64,000 bases of DNA from a virus, in the IMG/VR virus record IMGVR_UViG_3300009488_000018, positions 32,001 to 96,000 of that record, one strand, 5' to 3'. The notes beneath the pieces were generated by a model. The model ran no database searches. It was not told where the DNA came from and worked only from the letters and a program-made list of their open reading frames with translations. Within the stretch, counting starts at the first letter, position 1. Each line of letters begins with the position of its first letter. This document shows positions 19,936 to 29,495 of this stretch, piece after piece. The position numbers and the translations under genes are program-made.

Positions 19936-19953
19936 TATATATATTAATTACTG
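19936..19953 (+). promoter_or_regulatory. Conserved TATATATATTAATTACTG motif
   Basis: Identical to the copy at 48558; heads the long plus-strand block. Confidence 0.65.
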
Positions 19954-20007
19954 AGTAAGGGTCGAGTTGTTTATTTTTTCAAATTTAAGTTTAAAGGAGG
20001 AACTCTC

Positions 20008-20538
20008 ATGGAAATGAAAGTGGTAGAAGGTATGAAAAAACTTAAGATTATTGAGAAAAAAATGAGGTCTAACTGCCAGAACATAACTAGGTATGCTAGT
20101 ATGGTAGATATAGAACGACCACTTTTTGAAACGGAAAAAAAACAAGTGGAAGAAGTTAAATCTCTCGTACAGTCTAATGTAGACCTAATGAAAGAAGCAT
20201 TAGGACTAAAGAAAAAGATTGAACAGACTAACCTAGAAACCACCGTTCAAATTGAAGGCGAGTCTTATACAATCAGTGACCTCCTTTTCATTCATCATAG
20301 AATGGGAGAACTAATGTTGAGTACATTCTACTCCATGAATGATACAGAAGGGCAGAAAAGACTGAGGAACTCTCCTTCAATAGAAGGAAGAACTCCACAA
20401 GTGGTTCGTATGTACAAAGAAGAAACAAGAAACGAAGGTCTTAAAAAATGGCAAAACCTTCTTGACAATATTACCATGCGTCTAGAGGTGATAAACGCCA
20501 CAACAAACCTGGTCGAGGATGAACCTCAACAAGAGTAA
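20008..20538 (+). CDS. Coiled-coil protein, DIP1984/septicolysin-like
   Basis: MKVVEGMKKL..., IEQTNLETTVQIEG.SYTISDLL, INATT pattern recalled for this family; not verified by search. Confidence 0.5.
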   Translation: MEMKVVEGMKKLKIIEKKMRSNCQNITRYASMVDIERPLFETEKKQVEEVKSLVQSNVDLMKEALGLKKKIEQTNLETTVQIEGESYTISDLLFIHHRMGELMLSTFYSMNDTEGQKRLRNSPSIEGRTPQVVRMYKEETRNEGLKKWQNLLDNITMRLEVINATTNLVEDEPQQE

Positions 20539-20550
20539 GAACAAAATACT

Positions 20551-20863
20551 AAAGGGGTTCGGTAGCGTAAAAATGGAAACTTTGGGAGCCCGCTAACTGG
20601 GACAATGTTAGAGTGAAATAATAAAGTAAATCTGATTCGACAACTTCGAATATTTTTTACTTCCATTATAACAATGGTGTTAAGACTCATGACATAAGGT
20701 TAAAGACTAAGACGATCTCCACGTCGATAAAGAACGGAGATGGTCAAGTTTAAAGACAAAAGTTTCAAGATACGCTAAGGTAAAACTTCTGCGGGAAAAA
20801 TCCAGACTAAGGTGTAGCCCTCTCAAGCAACCTATCACTTCTGGCTGTTATTTGGACCCTTTT
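20551..20863 (+). ncRNA. Candidate structured ncRNA (~310 nt)
   Basis: ORF-less; AAAGGGGTTC pairs with GGACCCTTTT at the far end; internal hairpins; periodic AAG units. Confidence 0.55.
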
Positions 20864-20942
20864 CTCAAAAAATCTTAAGTAACTCTACATTATATCTAAA
20901 AATTCCCAACCCAATGTCGTATCCTTCTCAAGGTTGGTCACA

Positions 20943-20977
20943 TGTTGTGAGGGTAAGACTATTTTACTCTCACAACA
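20943..20977 (+). terminator. Strong hairpin, possible terminator or processing site
   Basis: TGTTGTGAGGGTAA / TTACTCTCACAACA. Confidence 0.5.
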
Positions 20978-21022
20978 AACCTAATTCTTAGGAACTATTT
21001 TTTTCTTCTGGGAGACTGTTAT

Positions 21023-21098
21023 GGAGACTGTGGTGAAGAGGTTACCACGAAGGGCTGTGGCCCCTTTATACGCCAGTTCGAATCTGGTCAGTCTCCCC
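21023..21098 (+). tRNA. tRNA-His(GUG)
   Basis: 8-bp acceptor including G-1; loop CTGTGGC. Confidence 0.9.
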
Positions 21099-21127
21099 CT
21101 TTAGAAGCTATTTAAAGGAGGTTACTA

Positions 21128-21583
21128 ATGGTTTCGTTTGTAAATAAAGATATAACTACTATAACTGAAGGTATCATTTGTCATCAAGTTAATTGTCGCG
21201 GTGTTATGGGTGCGGGACTAGCTAAACAAATCAGGAATAAGTTTCCAAAAGCCTATGAAGATTATATACAACAATATAGAAATAATAAGCTTCAACTTGG
21301 CAATGTTATATTTACAACAATTAACACTTATCCATTCTTGGTTATAGCTAACTTATGCGGACAAGATGGATATGGAAGACAAGGAGTATTTACAATTTAT
21401 CAAGCCGTCAGACAATGTCTTTATAAAGTAGTAAATTACAAAAATTTCCTTGTGGGACCATATTTATTGCCAATATATATTCCAGATCATATGGGGTGTA
21501 CATTGGGTGGTGGAGACTGGAAAAAAATACTACAAATAATAGATAAAATAATACCAGATGCTATAATAACACAATATGGATAA
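21128..21583 (+). CDS. Macrodomain protein (ADP-ribose binding or hydrolase)
   Basis: ICHQVNCRGVMGAGLAKQI...MGCTLGGGDW. Confidence 0.88.
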   Translation: MVSFVNKDITTITEGIICHQVNCRGVMGAGLAKQIRNKFPKAYEDYIQQYRNNKLQLGNVIFTTINTYPFLVIANLCGQDGYGRQGVFTIYQAVRQCLYKVVNYKNFLVGPYLLPIYIPDHMGCTLGGGDWKKILQIIDKIIPDAIITQYG

Positions 21584-21601
21584 ATTGAGCGGAGGATAAA
21601 A

Positions 21602-22003
21602 GTGAAAATTTATAAGATACAATTTTATAGGTTTAATACTCGTGTTAAACCAATGATGGAAGCGAATGTTGATGTAGTGTTTAGAACTAATTTTCCCCCA
21701 GAGGAAGACGATTTGTTCAATGACGAGTTTCTCAATATAATGTGGAAAGAAATGTGGAAACAGAATCCTGGATGGCTGTTATGTCATGGGCCCTCAACAT
21801 TAGGATTTCATGGTTGGTCATCTGTTATGTGGAAAAGGGAGTCATTAGTGGAGGTTAAAATAGATGAAAGGGATATGCCAGAAGATCTGACAGGAGAAGG
21901 GAATATGCTTACCGCATTAACATTTCATCCACTACTTCCCTCTGATATAAGAACGGCATTAAAAAAAGCCTACGAGCGCGGATTGAGAGACAAAACAAAA
22001 TAA
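21602..22003 (+). CDS. Hypothetical protein
   Basis: GGAGG RBS before GTG. Confidence 0.55.
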   Translation: MKIYKIQFYRFNTRVKPMMEANVDVVFRTNFPPEEDDLFNDEFLNIMWKEMWKQNPGWLLCHGPSTLGFHGWSSVMWKRESLVEVKIDERDMPEDLTGEGNMLTALTFHPLLPSDIRTALKKAYERGLRDKTK

Positions 22004-22005
22004 CC

Positions 22006-22097
22006 GGAGAGGTTGACCACAGTGGGAACGCGTGGCCTGGTCTTGAAAACCAGTGGTCGTTAACAGCGGCTTCGGGGTTCGAATCCCCGTCTCTCCT
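22006..22097 (+). tRNA. tRNA-Ser(UGA)
   Basis: CTGGT-CTTGAAA-ACCAG, long variable arm. Confidence 0.85.
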
Positions 22098-22369
22098 TCT
22101 AATATCAAACAAAAGAGGTAATAAAGTGGGAACGACCGGAGAATTACATAAAGAATTATTCAAGATGAATATAAAGTTGGTTAAAGTACATCCATTCTAT
22201 GAAACCTTCAAAGACGAACTTAGAGACATCTTAAGGAAATGTTTAACATATGAAAATAAATTTATAGCGACAAATTGTTTTCTTTCTGACAAAATTGATG
22301 AGCTAGAAAGAATAATGAAAGGATCTGGAAAATATCTTCATTAATTTTAATAAAAGGAATTATTGAACT

Positions 22370-23053
22370 ATGATTTTAGCAGTAGGCGACATCCACAGTG
22401 AGTTCAAACACTTAAATTCTCTAATCAGTGAGAAACAACCATCAATAATTCTTCAAGTTGGTGACTTCGGATACTGGCCAAAAGACAAGAAAAGTCAGAA
22501 AATAAAAAATAAAGATACTATAATCTACTTTTGTGACGGAAATCATGAAGACCATGAAAGTTTGAAGAACCTCGAAAACAACGAAATACAACAGAACATA
22601 TTTTATATGAGAAGAGGTTCTACTTTAACTCTACCGGATGGTCGAACTGTTTTATTTATGGGAGGTGCTTTCTCTCACGATTGGAGATATAAAGAATTTG
22701 GCAGTGATGAATGGAAATATAGAGAACCTGGAATTGACTGGTTTCCATTTATGGAACTAATTACTCAAGACGATATTAACAAAATTCCAAATATAAAAAT
22801 AGATATTGTTATTAGTCATACTGCTCCAGAAGAATTCTTCATGCCACCAAGAGACGGAGGATTAAAAGTTAAAGATCCATCAAGAGAATGTTTATCTCAA
22901 ATATTAAAAAAGTATAAACCAAAAGAGTGGTACTTTGGTCACTATCACTACTTTAAATATGGTTTTGATTATGGATGTAAATGGACAGCATTATCATATT
23001 CCAGATCAAATAGTAGATGGTGGGTTGGTTTAGATTTATGCAGGGTCGAGTAG
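22370..23053 (+). CDS. Calcineurin-like metallophosphoesterase
   Basis: GDIH, GDFG, GNHE, SHTAP, GHYH. Confidence 0.9.
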   Translation: MILAVGDIHSEFKHLNSLISEKQPSIILQVGDFGYWPKDKKSQKIKNKDTIIYFCDGNHEDHESLKNLENNEIQQNIFYMRRGSTLTLPDGRTVLFMGGAFSHDWRYKEFGSDEWKYREPGIDWFPFMELITQDDINKIPNIKIDIVISHTAPEEFFMPPRDGGLKVKDPSRECLSQILKKYKPKEWYFGHYHYFKYGFDYGCKWTALSYSRSNSRWWVGLDLCRVE

Positions 23054-23121
23054 TGGTCTAGCTCAGTGGTTTCATATGCCACGGACATGTGTCTTCATGG
23101 GTTCGAATCCCATCCCTGCTA
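23039..23121 (+). tRNA. tRNA with CAU anticodon (Met/fMet-like), unusual long variable arm
   Basis: GTGGT-TTCATAT-GCCAC; U1:U72 mismatch; variable arm GGACATGTGTCTT. Confidence 0.8.
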
Positions 23122-23132
23122 CATTAACATTA

Positions 23133-23204
23133 GACGGTGTAACCGAAATGGATAGGTGACGGGTTGCAACCCCGTTTATGCAGGTTCAAGTCCTGTCACC
23201 GTCT
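23133..23204 (+). tRNA. tRNA-Cys(GCA)
   Basis: Anticodon GCA in a 7-nt loop, U73. Confidence 0.9.
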
Positions 23205-23209
23205 CTAAC

Positions 23210-23294
23210 GGGCGAGTCGATTAGTATGGTGACATCAGCGGACTGTAAATCCGTGGCCCCTGGCTTGTAGGTTCGAATCCTTCCTCGCCCACCA
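23210..23294 (+). tRNA. tRNA-Tyr(GUA)
   Basis: GCGGA-CTGTAAA-TCCGT, long variable arm, CCA. Confidence 0.92.
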
Positions 23295-23323
23295 AAATCA
23301 TTATAAAAGGGAAACAAGAACAT

Positions 23324-23692
23324 ATGGGAAAAGAATTGTTATTCTCTGTTACTGCAAAGGACTGTGATTGGGGTTACTATCGAGGAAGTGGTAAAGGAGG
23401 ACAAAAGAAAAACAAAACAAGTAACTGTGCTAGGTGTACCCATCGTGATAGTGGAGCAGTTGGGAAGTCAGAAAAAGGACGATCTAAAGAACACAATCGA
23501 AGAGAAGCTTTCCTCCATATGATCGAAACTAATAAATTTAAAGTATGGCACAGAGTTGAGATTGCAAGGAGACTTGGAACCCTTGCAAAGATAGAAGAAA
23601 AGGTCGATCAAGAAATGAAGAAAATTAAAGTAGAAGTTAAGTCCGAAGATGATAAATGGGTAGAATGGACAGACAATTTAGAATCTATTTAA
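23324..23692 (+). CDS. Single-domain GGQ peptidyl-tRNA hydrolase (release-factor domain 3; ArfB/PrfH-like)
   Basis: RGSGKGGQKKNKT...RS..HNR..A. Confidence 0.85.
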   Translation: MGKELLFSVTAKDCDWGYYRGSGKGGQKKNKTSNCARCTHRDSGAVGKSEKGRSKEHNRREAFLHMIETNKFKVWHRVEIARRLGTLAKIEEKVDQEMKKIKVEVKSEDDKWVEWTDNLESI

Positions 23693-23948
23693 AATAGAGA
23701 AATATGAAAGGGTAATAAAATGAACCCACAACAAATCTACCTTAAGAAGGAAAAACTACAAAAAAGCATCAAACTTTTATGTAGAAATTTTGAGAAAGAA
23801 ACAAACACAGTCGTTACAGAGATTACTAACCGGAATACCGATAACAATGGTTGTCTAGATAGTACTAAAGAAGTTTCCGTAATTTGTGAAGATGACTACT
23901 GCATTTATAAATGAGAATTGTCACAACCAAACTGAAAGGAGAATTGTT

Positions 23949-24587
23949 ATGAGAAGAATAACTCGTTCTTATTGGGGAAAAGGTCAAATAGAAGCAGTAC
24001 CTGAGGAGACAAAGACAGAAGATAAAGCGGAAGTATTAGTTAGAGAACCTTCTGTCTTAGAACAAGTAGATAACAGGATCTATTTCTATGCAGAAATAAA
24101 TCGTCAGAATATTTTAAAATTAAACAAAAGTTTACGACGGTTAAGTAATGATCTTATAACAACAAGCAATTTACAAGAGTTTAATATGTATCCACCTATA
24201 ATTCTACATATCAACACTTATGGTGGTAACCTTTTTGATGGACTAGCAGGACTGGATGAAATAACAAATTGTAAAGTAGAAGTCAGAACTATTGTAGATG
24301 GTTGTTGCGCAAGTTCAGGAACTTTCCTTAGTGTTGCTGGAAAGGAACGATTTATAAACAAACATGCTTTTATGCTTATCCACCAACTTTCTTCGTTCTT
24401 TTGGGGTCCATATAGTGAATTTCAAGACGAGAAGAAAAACTTAGATTGGTTGATGGACATGATAAAGGACGTCTACAAAGAATACACTAAGGTACCAGAG
24501 AAGACGATAGACGAGATTTTGAAACATGATTTATGGTTCGACGCAGAAACATGTCTGGAATACGGGCTAGTTGATAAAATTCTCTAA
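23949..24587 (+). CDS. ClpP-family protease subunit
   Basis: HINTYGG, CASSG (catalytic Ser), MLIHQ, DLWFDAETCLEYGLVDKI. Confidence 0.85.
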   Translation: MRRITRSYWGKGQIEAVPEETKTEDKAEVLVREPSVLEQVDNRIYFYAEINRQNILKLNKSLRRLSNDLITTSNLQEFNMYPPIILHINTYGGNLFDGLAGLDEITNCKVEVRTIVDGCCASSGTFLSVAGKERFINKHAFMLIHQLSSFFWGPYSEFQDEKKNLDWLMDMIKDVYKEYTKVPEKTIDEILKHDLWFDAETCLEYGLVDKIL

Positions 24588-25021
24588 GAAGGAAACTACT
24601 ACATGGAAGAGGGCGATCAGGTAAATAATGTTGTTGTATCTACTGATGGTTGCACCTGTCAAGGATGCGGTAAAATCTATAAAGTAGATATTATAGTCCC
24701 TGACGAACTCTGGAAACTTATTAAGCCTAAAGATAAGTCAGACGAAGGAGGGCTGTTATGTGGAATGTGTATAATGGATAGAATAGAAGCCTTCAATAAA
24801 TTTGATGCTTATGAATTAAGACCATTGTAATGGAGAGTGGAAATGAGTAAAATAGAGAAAGATAGTGAATTGCGTTACTATGCTTCCATTTTATGCGAGT
24901 ATTTTGTGCCTGAAATGGATGGGTATACGTGTTTATGTCACGAGCCTAAAAGAATGGAAGACCCGATAGGGTTGAAAAAATGCGTAGTAAAATATTGCCC
25001 TAAGCTCAATAAAACTGACTA

Positions 25022-25105
25022 GGGAGGTTAAACCGTAGGGGTAGCGGGCTTGGCTGTAGACCAAGTGTCATTGCGTACTCGGGTGGTTCGACTCCATCAC
25101 CTCCC
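25022..25105 (+). tRNA. tRNA-Tyr(GUA), second divergent copy (G37)
   Basis: CTTGG-CTGTAGA-CCAAG, long variable arm, A73. Confidence 0.8.
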
Positions 25106-25142
25106 ATCAAAAACAAATAATGTATAGAAGAAGGAGATACTT

Positions 25143-25604
25143 ATGAGGAAACCAATTGGATACAGCTTTGAGATCGGGATTAATGAAAACAAAACACCAT
25201 CTTTATGTATGTATCCAACACAATTCTGTAACATAAGACCGATAGCTGTAATGAGTAATCTATTTCATGCTGTCATACCAAGTATGGTTCGTAACGTGTT
25301 TGGAGGGATAAAAGTAGATCTCCTCTTTGGTAAAATAAAGAGACCTGTTTCAAACCCTTTTGCAATACAAAATCCATGGACCAGCGGAAACCATTGGTTT
25401 GTTATCGATATACCATTCCCATTACCAGCATTCTTTATTTCCTTTGGGTTTGGTAAACGAGGGAAACAGTTTGGATTTTATTTCGGCTGCAAGACATACC
25501 GAATAGATCATATTTCAAATGCTGGTAAATGGTGTGATGAGTCTGAGATGGGAAACATTTACCTTTGTCCATCATGCAGTATCCGCGAAACAATGTGGGA
25601 TTAA
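25143..25604 (+). CDS. Hypothetical protein
   Basis: AAGGAG RBS. Confidence 0.6.
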   Translation: MRKPIGYSFEIGINENKTPSLCMYPTQFCNIRPIAVMSNLFHAVIPSMVRNVFGGIKVDLLFGKIKRPVSNPFAIQNPWTSGNHWFVIDIPFPLPAFFISFGFGKRGKQFGFYFGCKTYRIDHISNAGKWCDESEMGNIYLCPSCSIRETMWD

Positions 25605-25605
25605 T

Positions 25606-25681
25606 GGGAGAGTAGCTCAGCGATCGAGCAGTCGGCTGTTAACCGATTGGCACGTAGGTTTAAATCCTACCTCTCCCGCCA
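25606..25681 (+). tRNA. tRNA-Asn(GUU)
   Basis: GTCGG-CTGTTAA-CCGAT, G73, CCA. Confidence 0.88.
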
Positions 25682-25699
25682 ACTAGGTTTATTATTTTA

Positions 25700-25860
25700 T
25701 GTACTTGTTAGGTGCGTTATGTGATGGAGGTCTGGGTGGAAGACTGTAGTTATCCCAGTTCAGTGGAAAGGATACGGTCGTACGGAGGCATGGCTGGCTA
25801 CAGAGCAATCCTCCAGCGTCGAGGACGTATGGGCCATACATTTCGCGTCTAACAAGTACA
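25700..25860 (+). ncRNA. Candidate structured ncRNA (~160 nt)
   Basis: 17-bp terminal stem with G.U pairs; internal hairpins. Confidence 0.6.
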
Positions 25861-25869
25861 ATTAACTAC

Positions 25870-25948
25870 GGGCTGTGGGATTGCATGGGGTGATCACCTC
25901 GCTTGCACCGAGGATATCAGCAGGGTTCGATTCCCTGACGGTCCACCA
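25870..25948 (+). tRNA. tRNA-Ala(UGC)
   Basis: G3.U70 pair, CTTGCAC loop, CCA. Confidence 0.92.
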
Positions 25949-25952
25949 GTTT

Positions 25953-26106
25953 AGGTTGTTAGTTTGTTGATGACGATTATAGCAAAGATTAGTACGCACT
26001 ATAAGCATTCACTTGGTATGATATGGGACGACGTTCCCATGATAGGAATGCGGGAAGACGTTCCCAAGGTCAGTGAGAGACTGGCTTGTCGATGAACTAA
26101 CAATCT
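25953..26106 (+). ncRNA. Candidate structured ncRNA (~155 nt)
   Basis: 19-bp terminal stem with five G.U pairs; two GGGA-n-GACG-TTCCC hairpins. Confidence 0.6.
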
Positions 26107-26114
26107 TTTAATTT

Positions 26115-26191
26115 GCTGAGGATACGGTAATATTATAGCCTGCGGCGTCTAAGTATAAAAGATGTACATAGGGTGATCCCGTATCTTCGGC
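26115..26191 (+). ncRNA. Candidate small structured RNA (~77 nt)
   Basis: 13-bp terminal stem GCTGAGGATACGG/CCGTATCTTCGGC. Confidence 0.45.
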
Positions 26192-26197
26192 CCATAT

Positions 26198-26274
26198 CTG
26201 AGTGTAGTTCAGTCTGGTAGAACGCCTGGTCTGGGGCCAGGATGTCGGTGGTTCAAATCCATTCACTCAGACCA
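26198..26274 (+). tRNA. tRNA-Pro(UGG), C33
   Basis: CCTGG-TCTGGGG-CCAGG; C1-G72, A73, CCA. Confidence 0.85.
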
Positions 26275-26275
26275 T

Positions 26276-26350
26276 TCTGGGGTAGCTCAATGGTAGAGCT
26301 TTCGGGTGATAACCGAAGGGTTGCTGGTTCGAGTCCAGCTCCCAGAACCA
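26276..26350 (+). tRNA. tRNA-Ile(GAU), G32
   Basis: TTCGG-GTGATAA-CCGAA, CCA. Confidence 0.88.
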
Positions 26351-26351
26351 T

Positions 26352-26378
26352 GTCGATATAACTCAAACAGGTAGAGTC
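26352..26378 (+). pseudogene. tRNA 5-prime fragment (acceptor strand plus D arm)
   Basis: GTCGATA-TA-ACTC-AAACAGGTA-GAGT with no anticodon or T arm. Confidence 0.45.
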
Positions 26379-26434
26379 CTGGCGGTCCATTAATTTATTA
26401 TAAAGTGAAAATAAATAAAAGAAAGAGGAATTAC

Positions 26435-26842
26435 ATGAAAACAGAAAATCAAAATTGTCTATCATGTCAAGCAATGAGGAATCGTCTTATCTCTATTGCA
26501 AAAGGATGTATACATATTGAACAATTAAACGATAGAAATAAGTGTGATGAGCATGAAGGTTGTTTTGAACGTGATTTAGTACTGAGGTCAATTTACGAGA
26601 TTGCAACAGGCAAACATAATTGGCCAGAAGCAAGACCATACGATCCAGTAACAGAAGAGGAATTAAATATAGAAGAATTTTCTTGTAAAGTCTGCAAAAA
26701 TGCTATTTGGTTAGAGGGAATCCAAAATTGGATATGTACAAAAATGCCAAATGTAGATAATATCCTTCATTGGGTACTCACAAAAACAATCCACAAAGAG
26801 TGTCCCCTAAGTCACAAGGAGAAAATGGAGAATCGAATATAG
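26435..26842 (+). CDS. Cys-rich hypothetical protein
   Basis: GAGG RBS; CxxC motifs. Confidence 0.55.
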   Translation: MKTENQNCLSCQAMRNRLISIAKGCIHIEQLNDRNKCDEHEGCFERDLVLRSIYEIATGKHNWPEARPYDPVTEEELNIEEFSCKVCKNAIWLEGIQNWICTKMPNVDNILHWVLTKTIHKECPLSHKEKMENRI

Positions 26843-27330
26843 TGAAGAAACATAATTGTGTTCTACAAGATTGGGTTCATGAACTGTCTTTTATGCAACA
26901 ATCTGTATTAATTACAGCCACTCGTGGACCAGATGGATTACGAAAAGACCATATATCTAAAGTCTTGCTACGTTGGTTAAGACGTTGTTACATGATATCT
27001 GCTTTTGAGAAAACAGTTTTATCTGACCCCTATGACCCAAGAGGAGGTTCTTTTACAGGTCCTTGTACAATGGAATTAGAAAAGGCAGTGGATTTATATC
27101 TGAGATCGATTGATGAAATACCACACCACTTCCATCTTCATCTAATGCATGCTTCAGAGATTTTAGGTTACAAACATCCTAGTCCAAAAATACGGAGCTT
27201 TTGGAACAAATTCTATTCAAGAATTGTTAGAGACGCACATTTAAACCCTGAATCTGAAGAACAAATGGACAGAAGATTAGGAAACAATCGAGATACTTGG
27301 AGACAAGCTGAAGAAGTAACTGCTTATTAG
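26842..27330 (+). CDS. His-rich hypothetical protein
   Basis: RGPDG, PHHFHLHLMH, HLNPE; GTG start after GGAG. Confidence 0.6.
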   Translation: MKKHNCVLQDWVHELSFMQQSVLITATRGPDGLRKDHISKVLLRWLRRCYMISAFEKTVLSDPYDPRGGSFTGPCTMELEKAVDLYLRSIDEIPHHFHLHLMHASEILGYKHPSPKIRSFWNKFYSRIVRDAHLNPESEEQMDRRLGNNRDTWRQAEEVTAY

Positions 27331-27355
27331 ATTACAAAAAAATTAGAAATAATAT

Positions 27356-27431
27356 GGAGTCGTCGTCTAGTCAGGTCGAGGACACAAGGCTTTCACTCTT
27401 GTAATCGTGGGTTCGAATCCCGCCGGCTCCA
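27356..27431 (+). tRNA. tRNA-Glu(UUC)
   Basis: CAAGG-CTTTCAC-TCTTG. Confidence 0.9.
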
Positions 27432-27455
27432 CTTAAAAGAAAAGGAGAATTAGTT

Positions 27456-29487
27456 ATGTATCTAATTAAATATGAAGGATTATGGGATGGAATTTCACTG
27501 TATGGTTTTGCGTTTATACCTATAGATGAGTGGGAAAAGATAATGAAACTAATATCAGATTATAAAGATTATCCAGTTATAGTAACAATCGGTTCAAACG
27601 GAGAGAAAATATGTTACAATAACAGTCGTGAAGTACTAAAAGAATATACAACACAAATAATCTCATATGATATGAGCGCAAAAATTAAAAATATATTTGG
27701 AAACTTTCAATTCGGTATGTTTCCAATATTCCTAGTTGAAGAAGAAATAAAAGAAAGAAAAGAATCATGAAAAATGCATTCTTAGAGATTCTTACTTGGA
27801 AGGGTACGTCTGCCTTCGGGGCAACTCACTACTACGGTAAAATCCGTTTCGGTAAGGATAGTGTCGATGTTGAGTTCATCTTAACTAAGAACGAAGCTAC
27901 TAAAATGAACATGGATAGGGATGTTGACGTTTTTGGTCGCTATCACGCAGGAGAAGAATCTACTGCATTTACTGACGAGAAGAAAGTCATAAAAGAGGCG
28001 ATTAAATTATTCAAGAAGGATCCTCATGGATATGATGTCTTATTAAAGGGAAACCATTGTACCTGTGATCCCCAAGAAATAATAACAGGCCCTAAGAATG
28101 TTATGATAAGAGCTAACATTATATACGAGGAATTTGAAAGCTATAATGGATGGGGCTGCCAGGAAGGAGATCATAAGAAAGTACAAGCGATATGTGACAA
28201 ATGGGACATAGTTCTTGGAGGCAAGTTCTGGGAAAGAGATTAAGGTTTAATTTTATTAAAAGGTAAGAATCATGAAAAATGGATACGGTAGAATCTTTCC
28301 AGGAGGCAATAAGAAAGATTTTGTATGGATAAAACGATCATTAAAAAGAAGAAATATCCCATATAAACAAATAAAATTGCACCACGATGGATGTATATTT
28401 CTAATTCAACAAGAAGACTTACACAAATTACCAAAAGATAAAGATGGTCCTTATCTCGGAAACAACCAAAGGGGTTTTTCTATTTACTCTATAACAGAAG
28501 AGATGATAGCGGACGTATTAAAATAAAGGTAGTCCTTACTAAACCAAGTAGATAACAACTTTTGAAAGGAGATAGAAGACAATGAAGATTGGTGACAAAG
28601 TTTGGACATATAATCATTGGCATAGTTTAATAGAGATAAAAATTTGGTCTATTATAAATGATGATAAGACATATGTAGTTAACGGAGAATTTCTATTAGA
28701 CAACTGTTCTCTTACAAAGGAAGAAGCAAGAGACAAGTTAATAGAACATATGTGTCGTCAAATAGAAATTAAGAAGAAGAATATTATTCACCTAGAAAAA
28801 GAGGTACAAAATATTCGGAAACTAATTTTGTAAACTAAACACTAAACTAATAAACTGAGGAAATAAATGGGAAGAACTTTTATTGGATGGATAGAAGGAA
28901 AACTTCAGGATAAACGTAAACTTCGAAAGTTAGGCGTTAAAGGAAGAATGAAATATAATCTAAATTTAAGATGTTTTGAGAACTGTGAGATCGATGAAGA
29001 TATAGTAGACAACTTAAGAAAAGAACATCCTCCATTCTGGTCACCTGCTTTTACTGGTGTAAGTCTTAATGGAAGTCAAGAATTTTTGAATTTCAAAGTA
29101 TAAGGATTAGTCATGGGAATAATAATGTGGGACAAACCGAAAAAAATGATGACTGAAAAAACAAGACAAAAAAGATTTCAGTCAGACTGTGATATTCCTG
29201 GAACTTACTTTCCAAATATGAGTCTAGAAGACAGGAAACGTTGGAAAGGTAAAGTTGTTGGAAAAACAACAGGTTCTCCACAAGTAGAAATAAGAAAAAA
29301 TACATTTGTTATAATAGTTTCTTTAGGTGGTGGATACAAATACAAATATTATAGTAGAGACAAAACAAAAAGAACAAATATACATATTGGAGCTTCTGGA
29401 CCGATCCAATTAACTTTTAAAGAATGGGAAGAGATGAAATATGTAGTAGATGAAGCAACACAGGTGTTAAGGGAGTTAAGTGATTAG
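27456..29487 (+). other. Run of six small hypothetical CDSs (27456, 27767, 28272, 28582, 28867, 29113)
   Basis: Co-oriented, RBS-bearing ORFs without recognisable motifs. Confidence 0.6.
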
Positions 29488-29495
29488 AAACATAT

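Noticed and set aside
21010-21031. Short duplication GGAGACTGT before tRNA-His as an att site
   Set aside because: Only 9 bp, at the 5-prime end, with no integrase; more likely local slippage
25022-25105. Possible tRNA-Sec or tRNA-Pyl
   Set aside because: 7-bp acceptor, GUA anticodon and A73 fit tRNA-Tyr
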